Source of the DNA: Trichinella spiralis
Taxonomy: Eukaryota
Assembly (NCBI RefSeq): GCF_000181795.1
Contig: NW_003526941.1
Span: 4,031,637 to 4,095,636, forward strand
Reading direction: 5' to 3'
Length of the DNA: 64,000 nt
The notes under the pieces are model-generated. The model saw only the letters and a program-made list of their open reading frames with translations. It was not told the origin of the DNA and did no database searches. This document shows positions 1 to 12,604 of the stretch, piece by piece (the stretch's first letter is position 1; the number at the start of each line of letters is the position of its first letter). Made by a program: the position numbers and the translations under genes.

Positions 1-1489
1 TTAAAATTGTATTAACAATGCTAAATACTCATATTTAATTTCTGGTTAAGCTTCAACAATATCACAGTTTGACAGAAAAATGTTGTTTACACACACACAC
101 ACATGCACATAAATTAAAAAAATATACAAAACTTATACTATAGATGAATAAAGTGAAAAAACCTTCGTAAACTTGACCTCCGAACAGGTCAGGTGAATAT
201 TTTTTTTCCTTTATTAGTTCACATTCCACTGAAGCGGACAGTGTCGTAGATCACGGAAAAATGCAACTTATATCGGTATAGAAAGTTGTGCAACTTGTGA
301 AACAGTTACTTGCCAATTAGCAGTTGTAAACTTGTTAATCAGTAAATTATGTTAACAAACATACAAAAATGTTAGTAAAATGTAAAAAAAAACAACTAAC
401 CAATAAAAAATTTAAAGCCTTCTTTGAAATGATGTTGCAAAGTAGGTGTAGTAGTGGTGAGCTGTGGAAAATATCGGTCGTCATGAGACTAGAAATTGAT
501 TGCTGCAGGCGAAAAGCGATCAAGAGCGAAAGACGTCAAAGGGAACAACGGCGAGACAATTTCCGGAATGCACGGCACATCTATGTTGGTATAAAATTTA
601 TGATTTTCAGGTTAGTTGGACGGTCATAAAAGAATGAGACTGATTACGCATTAGCTACTTTATGTATACATATTTCTTCTTTGTATTTTTGCACTATTTT
701 TGTCAGGAAGAGTTTGCTTTTTCATTTTTAGCTTCAGATGGTCAGATTTCGCTTCTTTCTTTAGTGAATATGAAACAGGATTGTCAAGACGGACCACATT
801 TATCATAATTTATTCTATAATTAGATAAATTGAAATAAATACATAAATAAGTAAATAAATATGCTTATCCAACTGCCTATATATATATATACATGTATTT
901 GCCTCTACCTCCATCTCTATCTGTTAATGTATATTGTCTGGTCAGTGAACTTTTTTCCAAATTTCTCGCGCCTAGTGGTGAAATGTTCTGAAATGAATGA
1001 CAGCTTAGAATGGAATATAAAACTACGTTCACGTTTAGGTCAACACTTGTACGTTTTGCGAATTGCGTTCTAGTTTGAAAAGTCCCAAATTGAAAATTGA
1101 CCCTTTTTGGCTATTTACGAACGTCTCGGGCGCGGCCTACAGAGACGTCGACATTGGCAAAGCAAGTAAGCTAGTCGCAATAAGCCGTTTGCATTGTTTT
1201 CTAGAGGCATTGTTATGTAAAACAGAGCCTTCAGCTGCTGAACGATTGGAAAATTGATAAAAGCATCTTGACCAGAGAAAGATCAGCAGCATCGCGCCGG
1301 CTACGGTGAGAAGCAGATAGTCAACGGCTCGGTTTGGCTTGGTACGGCTAGTTGAGGTTTCTGTTGGCCGACGACGAGCAGCAAACAACGAGCGCTTGAG
1401 GCAAGTTTAAACTTTAAACAACAAGCAGGCAGAATCGCTCAGATAGACAGATAATAAAGAAAAGGCCCGCATCATCGTTGTCAATTCCA

Positions 1490-1984
1490 ATGGATCGGCT
1501 AAACAATAACGGCGGTCGTGGTCAGGTTCTGTGCCTCAGTCAAGGTGAATGTACGACCAGATCAATTGTCAAAGCGCTTGACAATTTTTTGACCGCTGTC
1601 CAGCGGATGAAAGACACGGTCATGGTTCCGAGTCGACTGATCGATATGACAACCAGTGTTGGTGAACTGCGTGAAGCGCTGAACAGTCCACAAGAGCCGA
1701 ATGCACTTGTCGCCATACCGTCCAACATGGTCACATCAAGCTTCCCGTTGTACAGCTTCTATCAAATGCTGCAAATGATTCGCAACCAACTGGTCAGCGG
1801 GCCAGAAGCCGACGATGCCAACTCGGATGTGAACGGCGCCGATGAACAATGTCGACACTTGTCGCATGCTTTTCAACAACACTTGCAAGGTCTGTTTTCC
1901 GTCCTACGTCAACTCACCGACACGGCCAACTACCTAACAAAGCGTTACCAAGACGAAGTCGATGCAGCGTTCATGCCACTTTAA
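1490..1984 (+). CDS. MID1IP1: Spot14/MID1-interacting protein (MIG12/THRSP family), single coding exon
   Basis: SIVKALDNFLTAVQRMKDTVMVPSRLIDM and C-terminal FQQHLQGLFSVLRQLTDTANYLTKRYQ match the Spot14 family pattern. First ATG at 1490 (the track ORF opens at a TTG, 1478). Confidence 0.85.
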   Translation: MDRLNNNGGRGQVLCLSQGECTTRSIVKALDNFLTAVQRMKDTVMVPSRLIDMTTSVGELREALNSPQEPNALVAIPSNMVTSSFPLYSFYQMLQMIRNQLVSGPEADDANSDVNGADEQCRHLSHAFQQHLQGLFSVLRQLTDTANYLTKRYQDEVDAAFMPL

Positions 1985-2744
1985 ATTTAAAAAAATAACC
2001 ATTATAATAATAAACAGTCCTCGTCTACAAAGAATTTTCCACTTCTTTCTTGTGTAAGTAATTTCTGTTCAAATAATAAATCATCATCCTCATCACCATC
2101 ATCGTTAATAATAATTCTACTGAATTTGATGTTTGTTTCTTTTTTATCCATTTTCCATTTCAAACTTGGAAGCGACAAATTAAGCACTATTTTGTTTTAG
2201 CTTTTTCGTAAAGCTACTCTCTGTTTTTTTTAATTATTCGATGCTTGTTGACAGTGGTGGTCCTAACAACAAGGTATTTTATTTTATACCTGAAAATCAC
2301 ATTTATACAATACTTACTGTACATTTGTCAATTTCAATTTTTATCTGGCAATTTGCCTCAACGTTTTGATAAAAAAAATACAAACCCACGTTTTATTTTT
2401 CATTTTGTTTTTCTTTCACTGTGACGGGATCATGCTAAACTGTTTTTTTCCTCGGCAATGTGTTATGAAAGTCACCAAATTTTTTTCTGCGACACTTTTT
2501 CCCCTCACCTTATCCAAATTGATGATAACTGCACTTTTGAACAATACACAATCTGTCTATATAAGCAATGTTTTCATAAATTAATAACGTACAATAACAA
2601 TAATAGCAACAAAGCTTGTTCAATAATGCTTATGGAAAGCAATTATCAACAAGCATAATACGCTCGCTGTTGATGAACAGAGTGCATTTCGGTCAGAAAA
2701 ATGGAATGTAAACCACCTACAGACACAGTTTTTTACTCCAATTG

Positions 2745-5397
2745 TCATGAGAAAGTGTCGTCGAGCTGATGCCGCAATGCATGAGCAAGTTGTGAAGGAC
2801 TGACACAATATCCAAGCGCTTCTTCAAGCAAATCGGCAACACTACGCTCACCGCCAAATGATTGCAATCGACGCCAACGATCACCCTGCTGTCTGAAAAT
2901 TTAAATATTTGTTTTCTTGTTTTCGACCTGCTAAACTGCTAAACAAAACTTACCGATTCAGAGGATCCTTTTCAAATGACTGACGCCAAAGCAACAATGA
3001 AACCGCTTTGGCAACTAAATAGATATGATATTTACTACCGTAAGGAATGAAATGAGAAAACCGATGCTGCCAAGCCGTTTGTTCGGGCATTAAACATTCA
3101 AAGCCGACATCGCTGTACAATGAACGACAAAACTCTACAGTATTCTCAATTTCGGCTCCCTGTTGATGCAATTTCAAATCGCACAGTGACATCAAAATCT
3201 GCTGAACCAATTCCAACGCACCGAATATATTTCTCGAACGACAAATCTTCTCAATCGTCTCATCAGGCATCGAGCTTCCATCTGCTTGCTTAGTCAACAT
3301 GAGCAATGTCTGCAAGAAACTTATTTAAACATTTTGGAAAAAATATATACAAAAATTCTTACTTTGGGATTGTACATGAAATTTTCCATTAAATTTGAAG
3401 GCACTTCGGCGAAATCAGTCGCGCAACGTGTTCCTAAAAAATAAAAGATAAAATTGAAATTTATTACTAAAAAAATGAAAATTTAAAAAATGTTCCGCCC
3501 TACCCGACACGTGCTGATACCGCGTGCGGCCGAATATACTGTGCAAAGCGTGGCCCATTTCGTGTAAAAAATTCTCCAACTGAGATAAAGTAAAATATGC
3601 TTCATCAGAACACCGATCTCTGCACCGGAAAGACAATACTACAACTGGCTGTTGATAGCTTCCATCTGACAACTGCTTGCCGCATTGTATTGTAAAATGA
3701 GAGTCCGACACTTTCCCTCGTCGATCAATCCAATCACAATAAATCACCCCCAACGAAGAACCCTGCTCATTTTGCACCAGCTGAAAAAACAAATTAACAT
3801 AATTAAGTGATTAATGATAAAAATTTCAAAATTCAACAATACCCATTTGGTAACTGAATCATGCCAAACTTCTCCAGGATTGATCTCAGCTTCAACAATT
3901 CGCACACCATATAGATAATTCAACATAATACTTAAATTATTGATCACTTGCTGTCGATTCAAGAAAGGTACCAATTCAGAGAGGCTCAACTGAGTTAAAT
4001 TATCTTTAGCAGTGTAACAAAGGTATGGCAAATCCCATACGTAGGGTTGGCGACCATCTTGAAACTTTGCCAGCTCTGAACGCTCTTTCATTGCTTGATC
4101 ATATACAGTATCCAAAGTGCACTTCAAAAATGACTCAACTTTACTGCTGTTGTTCAGCAGCAACTTCTGAACAGCCCTATCCGCATAGGATCTATATCCA
4201 ACAAGAGTAGCAATGGCGTCACGACAGTGCAACAAATTTTTCAATTTCATTTCTTGGTATTTTGAAGGTTGAAAGTAAGTCAAATAACCAAATTTTCGTA
4301 CACGATGATCGTTGTAATTCAAAAGAGCCGTATGCAACTCTGAAAAGCCATCACCAACATCTGTCAAATATTTAGCAAACGGCTCAGCAATATCACTGGT
4401 CAAAATTCGAACCGGACTGTCACAACAACGCATAAATTCAGAGCCCAGTCGAAAAAGATCTTCAGTGAAGCTAACAAATTTCCTACGCTGAAATTGTGGA
4501 AAACATTTAAAATAATGCATTTCTTCACTTTACAACTTAATATAATTACAATTTTTTGCATATTTATTTTAAAAATACTAACCGACAATTCGGGTAAATG
4601 GACGCCGCTCATTTCAAAATCTGCCAACAACAATTCACCAACACGAAGATCTACCTCATCCAAAGGTAGAATATCCCCTTCTTCAACTGACCGTCTGAAT
4701 ATGTTATACAGTTCTGTTGATGTATTTAATCTGTAGAAATAAAATTTCAAAAAAAACATCTCATATGTATTAAATCAATATTTTACCGTTCAATAAGAAC
4801 ACCTAACTGATAAACCGCTTCATCGGCCGCATTCACAATTTTTGGATCTGGATGTAATAAACGAACACATTCTGCCTAATAATTCAATAACTATTCACAT
4901 GACGTAAAATATATTTATTATTATTAGCTATCCATTTATTTAAAAAATTATATCGAGTTTAAAATCTTACTGAAATTTGATCAATATTCGTAAAAATATA
5001 TTTCCAAATCTATTAGCATTTATCAGAAAATAAAATTAAAAAATTCTCATTAAAAAGACTGTTTTTATATATTTCAGAACTTGCCATATCAGCAACTGAG
5101 CAAATTTTGTTCGACATATCGTCAAAAATTTCCACCATTTTCCTCTTCCTATTTGTGCTTTGAGCTTCTGCACATAGTCGGTTGCATTCTGCATGTACGT
5201 CGTTGGCAAGCTGCGAAAAACCATCAGAGCAGTTCAAATTTTCCACATTGAACAAACCCTGAATAATATAATTACAAATTTAAACTAATCAACAAAAAAA
5301 TATCACATACTAAAGCATTTGATGAAAATGGAAGATACTGAAAATATTTGGATTTCAAACGACTGAAAACGCTTCTTGATAAACCAATTTTCATCAT
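2745..5397 (-). CDS. MIPEP: Mitochondrial intermediate peptidase (M3 metallopeptidase), multi-exon
   Basis: Basic N-terminal presequence MMKIGLSRSVFSRLKS. LHEMGHALHS (HEXXH) is followed by GRTRYQHVSG, DFAEVPSNLME and WQHRFSHFIPYGSKY. Last exon ends HQLDDTFS*. Confidence 0.93.
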
Positions 5398-5610
5398 TTC
5401 GCTAAAATTCAATTACAGTAGTATTTTCCCATCGTCTATTAAATTGTGTTTATGAAATGCGATGCAATCAAATTCGTCCAGTATATTGTGTCCCTACATA
5501 AATATTAATATGCAAAAAAAGAAAACTGATTTTGTAAAACACTTTATTATTTACTACCATAAATAGTCTGAAAAAGAAAGGCAAAAAATTAAAAAAAACT
5601 AAACTGAAAA

Positions 5611-7646
5611 TCAAGTATGATGAGGAGGAACTCGTTGACGAACTGCATGCGCAGAACGAAGTACATCGATGTGATGAATGACCTAAAATAAAAATTAATG
5701 CATTCAAATAAAATATAACAAAATGCAAAAATTATTAAAATCATTACGCACTACAAAATTATGAAACACAAGTGCATACATACTGCTTATAATTTACAAT
5801 CACTAAAATTTAATGAATTCATTCTCGCCATAAGCAAAGTAACAATATTACATCGTTCAAAAATAAAGAATTAAACTGAAAAAACAAAACGTCAAATATT
5901 ATATATTATATTAATAATCTGTTCACTATTTTAGAAATTATTTACCAAATAATTTTAAAAAATAATAAATAACTTACACTAGAAGTTTCCAATGACAGTT
6001 TTGCCATAGCTTGCAAAGAAAGCAATAAGTTCTTATCATCTTCGCTCTAAAACAAAACAAATCATATTCTGAATTTCATCTCAATATATAACTAACAACT
6101 TTCACTTTAAAACATCATAAATATACAAAAAAAAATATTTAAAATATGCCAAAAGATATTGCTGATCAAGTTAAACATTTAAATTCGTTGAAATGTATAA
6201 TTAATTATATATATATATATATATTTCACGATATTTTACGTAAGCAAAATTAGTAATGTATTAATTTTACAGTTTTCATAAAATCATTTTTTAAATTGTA
6301 GTGAAATCATTCTAGCCAAAAATAGTATTACTGTCATATAATACAGTAATATACTGATAACAATAAAATTGGGTGAACGTTATTTTAAATTATTTAATTT
6401 ATTAATATCATTATTATTAAATTTATATTTAAATTAAACTCCATTACACAAGTTAGTTATATAAATATCTATGCACAGTATTCATATATGCACTGCATAC
6501 GATAAGTATAATAAAAAACTTAAATAATTTTCATTTACTTACTGCATAGAGATCATTTTCAATGTATTCCATTTTCACCGACAACAACGAATTAATATGA
6601 GCAGAAATTTTACGCAGAATACTATGATTAATTGGAAAAGTTCCTGAAGCAACTGCTTGAAGATAGTCAATAACTAATTTTTGACGCATCATTAGCAGGC
6701 GAACTGCATTCAATTGTGAGTTCAGCCGTGTTAATGCTACAACAAACAAATAAAACAGCAACAATAATTTCGATCAAATAAAAAATGAACATATTACAAT
6801 AGTAAAAATTAATAAATAGAAAACGTACTATTATTTGCAGGCAAATTTGATTTTTCCACTGCTTGTTCTGAAACATGTGCAATGCATATCATCTCATTTT
6901 TTTGGTAGACAATTGAATAACTGAGCAAAACAAATTCCGTCTAAAATAAAGTATTAGCAACAATCAAAATGAATTTAATACATACAAATTAATTTACCAT
7001 AGCAGGATTGCTTTCGTAGAATTCAATAGGAAGCTAGAATAAAGCAAGTGTTACTCAAGTTAAATAAACAAACATATCCATCATACCACTCTGGTCAAAT
7101 TATCAAATGGATTAAATCTTAATATTATCGGATTTTCATTGACAATCATAGACACGTTGTGCATCTGATGGTCCAACTCATTGAAATAGTTCAAGCCAGT
7201 TATGACATACCAACCGACAAAAATTTCATCTTTATATATAGATCCAACTGCAGTTCACATAATTAAAAATTACTTAAGTCAGAACAATCAGAAAACAAAT
7301 TAACAAATATTTACATGATTTCATAGTATCCATTAAATAATCATAATTTGGAAACAACCCATGCATCTTCACACTGGTGACAGGAAATGACCGTATAACT
7401 TCTATGAAACGACCGGACTGCTTTCCCATCAGAGCACCGTAAACTAAAATGTCACTTATGATTTGAAAACAAAATATTTTTCCTATTACCTTGAAAATGT
7501 TCGTTTCGTCCATTTACACGTTCTCTTGTGAAGTGATCAGAAAGATGCAATATCACTTCTGGTCGAAGTGTAATTTCCACAGAAGCGCCATTATTAATTA
7601 CATTGTTTTTTATAAGACTATGCTCTGTGTCAGCCGAATCCATCAT
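5611..7646 (-). CDS. COPS6: COP9 signalosome subunit 6-like MPN-domain protein (divergent), multi-exon
   Basis: LRPEVILHLSDHFTR, VYGALMGKQSGRFIEVIRSF, FVGWY and LNSQLNAVRLLMMRQKLVIDYLQAVASGTFPINHSILRK align to CSN6. GT-AG introns keep the frame; the 3' exons are less certain. Confidence 0.75.
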
Positions 7647-8924
7647 TCACACAACAAGACTGTAAAGCACTTAACTAAATCACAGCTCATTTATGATCGT
7701 TAGTACAAATTATCGTGACTAAGTAATGATCAATGTAAACCTAATTCAGCAAATTCTAAAAACGTTATTTTGCTGACACTGCAATTTTACTTTTATTTAA
7801 AAAAATACGAAAAAGTAAAAGTACTTTAAACGAGTAATTTAGAATTAAATACATTATACAATAACTAATGAATGAACTTATGAATAAAAAAACATAAGTC
7901 AATATCTTCCACAAAAATATACTTTCTTGACAGTGCCAAGCTGCAAAGTTTACAACAAATAAAATTTATTAATAGTGTATACATAATTTATTATGTACTT
8001 AAAATTTTACAAACAGACGATTAATTGATACAGTATTGCAGAAAAGTAGGCGTTATTTTGAATTGGTTCTTTTATAAAAGCAGCAGAACTCACTCCACCG
8101 ACTCAGTTATTCATATTAAAAAGTTGTATAAAAACATATGCTTTTTATGATTCGGTTGACTGCATTATTATATAGTTTATTTTAAAAAGCTAAAGAGCCA
8201 ATGAACTCGAAACTAAAATGTAAAAATAAGAAAACTTTCATACGCAATGCATAAAGCTAAGTAAGTGGCTTGAACACTGTAAATTCTATTCACTTTATCA
8301 TAACGTCTAGACTGTTTAAATAATAGTAACGAACGTTGACAGAATAGCTCATTTTAGCAAATTAGTAAATACTGTTTAATTTTCAATAAATTTAATTAAG
8401 CCAACATGCCAAAAACTTTAGATAATGATATAATTTAACTTAATTTTGTTTCCTGATAATTACGAGTGAAAATATCATTTCGATTTAACTAAAAAAATTA
8501 AATAATTTCATAATATAACAAATAAATAAGAAATTATCAACTTTTTTAATATAAATTATACTAACAAGGCATACTTTACTCTGCCTATTTTTGTGATTAA
8601 TACTGCATTTCAACCTTGATTATCATTATTGTAATTTTTGTAGTTATCTAAACAGTTTATTAATTTGCATCCTGAAGGTGATATGGCTAAAATTTACACG
8701 TTAATATTTATATTCTGAAAATTGAAAATTAATTTTGCTTCATCAGAACACATAAAGCACACGATCACTCGATTTAGTTTACTTGATAGGTATGAAATAT
8801 TAAGTTACATTTTTGCCATTTTCTGCTTTGTACACCCACACAATTGCTTAATAGTTATGTTTAAAATTATTAGCACTTTTCAATTTTCAATTTTCACAAT
8901 GTAATAATTGCATATTTCATCAGC

Positions 8925-10819
8925 ATGACACACAATAAATACAGTTGGAAGAAGAGTAACAGCCAATATGCTGTTATAAGCAGCTCGTCAAAGTTCTCGA
9001 ACATCGGCTTACGCTCCGTTGTGGATAATAAATATAAATTTATACGAGCTGAAGAACCGGAAAAAGAGTCTTTAAAAGGTGATATATGGAAGAATGTCCC
9101 AAAATTGAAATACAGTGGTCTGGATATTGGATTGTTTTCCGAGAAAAGATCTGCATGCTCGAATAAAAAGGTCAAGCCTTGTTCCAGTGTGAGAAAACAC
9201 AATTCGAAGTTCAAATTACATTCAAAATATTACGCCGAAAAGCGGAAAATTCAACAAAATGTCGTCAGGAATAGAACGACAAGTTTGAAAAGTGAAACAA
9301 AGCAAGAAACCGCGACTTTGCAAGCATCCTCGTCTGTGCAGCGTAATCTTTCACCGGACGTGTATTTGAAGCCTAGTTGTCTGATGGAAGAAGGATTGAA
9401 AAAAGTTGAAAATGCAAATACTTCTATTGTTAAACCTTCTTCGAAATTATCATTGAAAAGTCCATCAGCAGATGTTCGACGAAAAACTGAAATTCGAACG
9501 CGGTACAAAATTCGTAAACTTGCTAAAGTAGGCTTGAAGAGGTCAATGAACAATACCAATCCTATTGCAAAGAAAACAATGAAATTATCTGAGGTAAGAT
9601 TTGAAAAAGAAAAAGATGTTTTGCATTTTATCAATTTTTTGAAATATAATTTAAGTCGAACAACGTTGGAACAAGTCCAAGAATCACCACAAGATATAAA
9701 TTACGTCGACTGAGTTGCGATTTTAGAAATACTAAGCGGAAAAGTGTCATTTTTCATAACAGCAGGGTAAAGCAGAATCGTTTCAAATGGCAAAGGGAAA
9801 AATTGAAAGAAAAACGCTTCTGCAATCCTAAAACGGTGAAAATGATCTCAAAGTATAAATTGCGCAACTTGGGGCATTGGGAGCAGTTTGCAGTATCAAA
9901 ATCTGGTGAACCGAGGTCGAAAATCGTATCCAGATATCGACTACGCATATTGGCCAACAATGGAAAAGCGATGCACAAAAGCCCTCGCCAACAACGCAAT
10001 GCTTGTCGTCGTATTATTTCAAAATATCGCCTTTTAAATTTGAAAAAATCTAAAGGCGAATATACCAAGCGGGTAGTCTCGAAATATAAATTGCTCAACA
10101 ACGTGAAGAGAACAAAGCTGCACCACAGGCGAGTACAACGGGTGAAGAGTAAATACAAGCTTGACCAAAGAGCCGGTCAGCCGTGGTATCGTTGGCGCAG
10201 GTTGACAGTACAGCCGAAGAAAAGCGTTGTGCAAGAATATGCAAAGAAATTGGTGAAAAAGATCAAGTCGGTTTCCAATCCTTGGCATTTCAAGAATGCT
10301 CACAAATTGATTCGAAAAAACGACTGCTTATTTTACATCCGATTCGGTTACTGTACTCGTGGCAGCCAATGTCCACATGCCCACGATCCGACACGGGTAG
10401 TGATTTGTAGACGCTTTTTGCGTGGGAAATGCAATAACAAATTTTGCCGCTTTTCACACGTCATCTCTGACGAAAAGCTGCCCCAATGCCAATTTTTCGC
10501 CCAAGGTCGTTGCGACATATACGAATGCCCATATCTGCATGTCACCTATGCACCAGGTACGGCTGTTTGTAAAAAATTCCAGCTCGGCCGATGCATGCAA
10601 GGCAAGCATTGTTCGAAACGTCATATCTACACGAACAACTTGAAGAAAAAGACCGTGAAAAAGAAACATGCAAAATCTACAACTGTGGAAACGAAAGAAG
10701 AGGATATTTCAGAAATGGAGTGCACATCTTGCCCTGCAGGCGAATGTATTCATTTTATACGACTCCCGACCGATAGCATTGCTGAAGAGAATGAAAAGCC
10801 GAAATTAATTGGAGAGTAA
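8925..10819 (+). CDS. ZC3H3: CCCH zinc-finger protein, ZC3H3-like (five C-terminal CCCH fingers, long basic N-terminus)
   Basis: Intron 9594-9656 joins the two track ORFs in frame. Fingers include CLFYIRFGYCTRGSQCPHAH, CRRFLRGKCNNKFCRFSH, CQFFAQGRCDIYECPYLH and CKKFQLGRCMQGKHCSKRH. Four are clear and the family usually has five. Upstream exons are possible. Confidence 0.72.
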
Positions 10820-11021
10820 GTGATATATATTGTTTATAATGTTTTGTTTAAATATTTGTTCAACTCAACTTTTAGGAGATACATGGATATTACCATTCGA
10901 AACGACCGCTGTCACACAGATGAAACCAGTTGAAGTTGTGCTGATTCGCTTTTTTCATTCAATTCTTTATTTTGATTTGAAATGACAATTTTTAATTTAC
11001 ACGACTGCAGTCTGAATGCAT

Positions 11022-12450
11022 TCATGCAATTTTGAAATTTGATGAAATTTTCCCATATTTGCGCACTTCCTGAAATAACAGAACCGTTAATAGTTTTCAC
11101 TGGACTATACAGTTACAAATGACTGTCTATACTTGAATCTGTTCATAATTCTGTTGATAGAACAGAATAGCACGAAACAGATTCCAAAATGAATAATCCG
11201 GCCAAAGCACTGGGTCAAAGTATAAACAAGAATACGACAACTGAAATTAAAAATTGTATACAGAATGCAAATAATAAATGTTGTGTGTATTTTTACCTGC
11301 CAAAGCAAGAAATCACTGAGGCGCGTTTCTCCACTTGTGCGTATCAGCAAATCTGGTTCAGTGGAACAGCCAGAATCAAGATGCTTTGAAATGAGCTCTA
11401 CTGTCAGCTGGCTATTTCCGTAAAACAGTTTTATTTTAAATATGACAGCTGTGTTCACTGAAATTTTCTCTTACTCTTCTTCTACAGGTTGGCCATTCGC
11501 CTTGAATGTTTTCATAATTGAAATGCAGGCACGACGCAACTCGTCAAAAGCAGTATATGGAAAACATATGTTTAAAAAAAGGCTAAATTCAAGATTTATA
11601 AATAATTTTCCGTGAAAAAGAAATTTCATATTCTGAATACATACCCTTTATTTTCTCGCGTTTTCAATGCAATCGCTTCCATCAGCTCGCGAACATCTCC
11701 GGGCAAATAATCAAAATTTCCAAAAAATCGACACCGTACATCATTTTCTTCAACCGAATTCCTTAAACATTTTTAAAAGTAAAAAATGAATCTGCTAATA
11801 AAATGGACAAACAATGTTTCCAATATTCTGGTAAATTTCACTCTAGCCAAGTTCATCAGTGCGTTCACTTCGGCTTCTGAACGTTTAAAATTTTCAATGC
11901 TCAGGGCAAATACCGTTACTTCCCGAATTCCAACTTTGCAACACCATTGCAGTGTCTAAAATATATAATGCCATTGTATGACTTCATTTTGTAACATTTT
12001 ATCTATGTAGATTTTCTATTTGCTAATCGTCTTTGTTGACTGCATACGTCTCAAAAATTTTTAAGAAATATTCAAATTTTAAATATATTTGTTTTGATAA
12101 ATCAAAAAGTGAAAACATTTTAAAAGCAAAAAATCTACATGGAATTGCAAACGGTATTCTATACTAATATTTTCAATAGAAATATATACCTGAAAATTAA
12201 TTATGACAGTAACGTAACAGGAAAATAATAAATATATCGTTAAAATTAGTTATTTGAAATGTGAAACCTTCATTAGAGTCTCATAGCCATATTCATGGCC
12301 TGATGTGGCTTCCATCCCAAGCTTTGTAGCAAAACGGCGGTTTCCGTCCATGATGAAAGCAATATGCTGTGGAATTGGACCAAGAGAAAGCAGTTTCGCC
12401 ATCATTCTTTGCAACCATGATAACTTTTCTGCGCTGAACAGTGTTGGCAT
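11022..12450 (-). CDS. DHDDS: Dehydrodolichyl diphosphate synthase (cis-prenyltransferase), multi-exon
   Basis: [52 protein letters not shown] and LWPDYSFW. The last short exon is uncertain. Confidence 0.95.
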
Positions 12451-12604
12451 AACTTACGTAAATAACTAAATGTTTCGATTATAAAACAAAACTGATGACA
12501 CGTAATGTAATGCATTGAATAAAAACAAATAGAACTGACATACGATAACGAAATTCCCATTTAATTTATTTAAAACTCAACGTGCTATATTTACATTTAA
12601 AAAG

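Noticed and set aside
369..1388. Short ORFs upstream of the Spot14-like gene
   Set aside because: No recognisable domain or consistent exon chain; more likely promoter or 5' UTR sequence.
9594..9802. Apparent frameshift between the two ZC3H3-like ORFs
   Set aside because: It is explained by a canonical 63-nt GT-AG intron (9594-9656).
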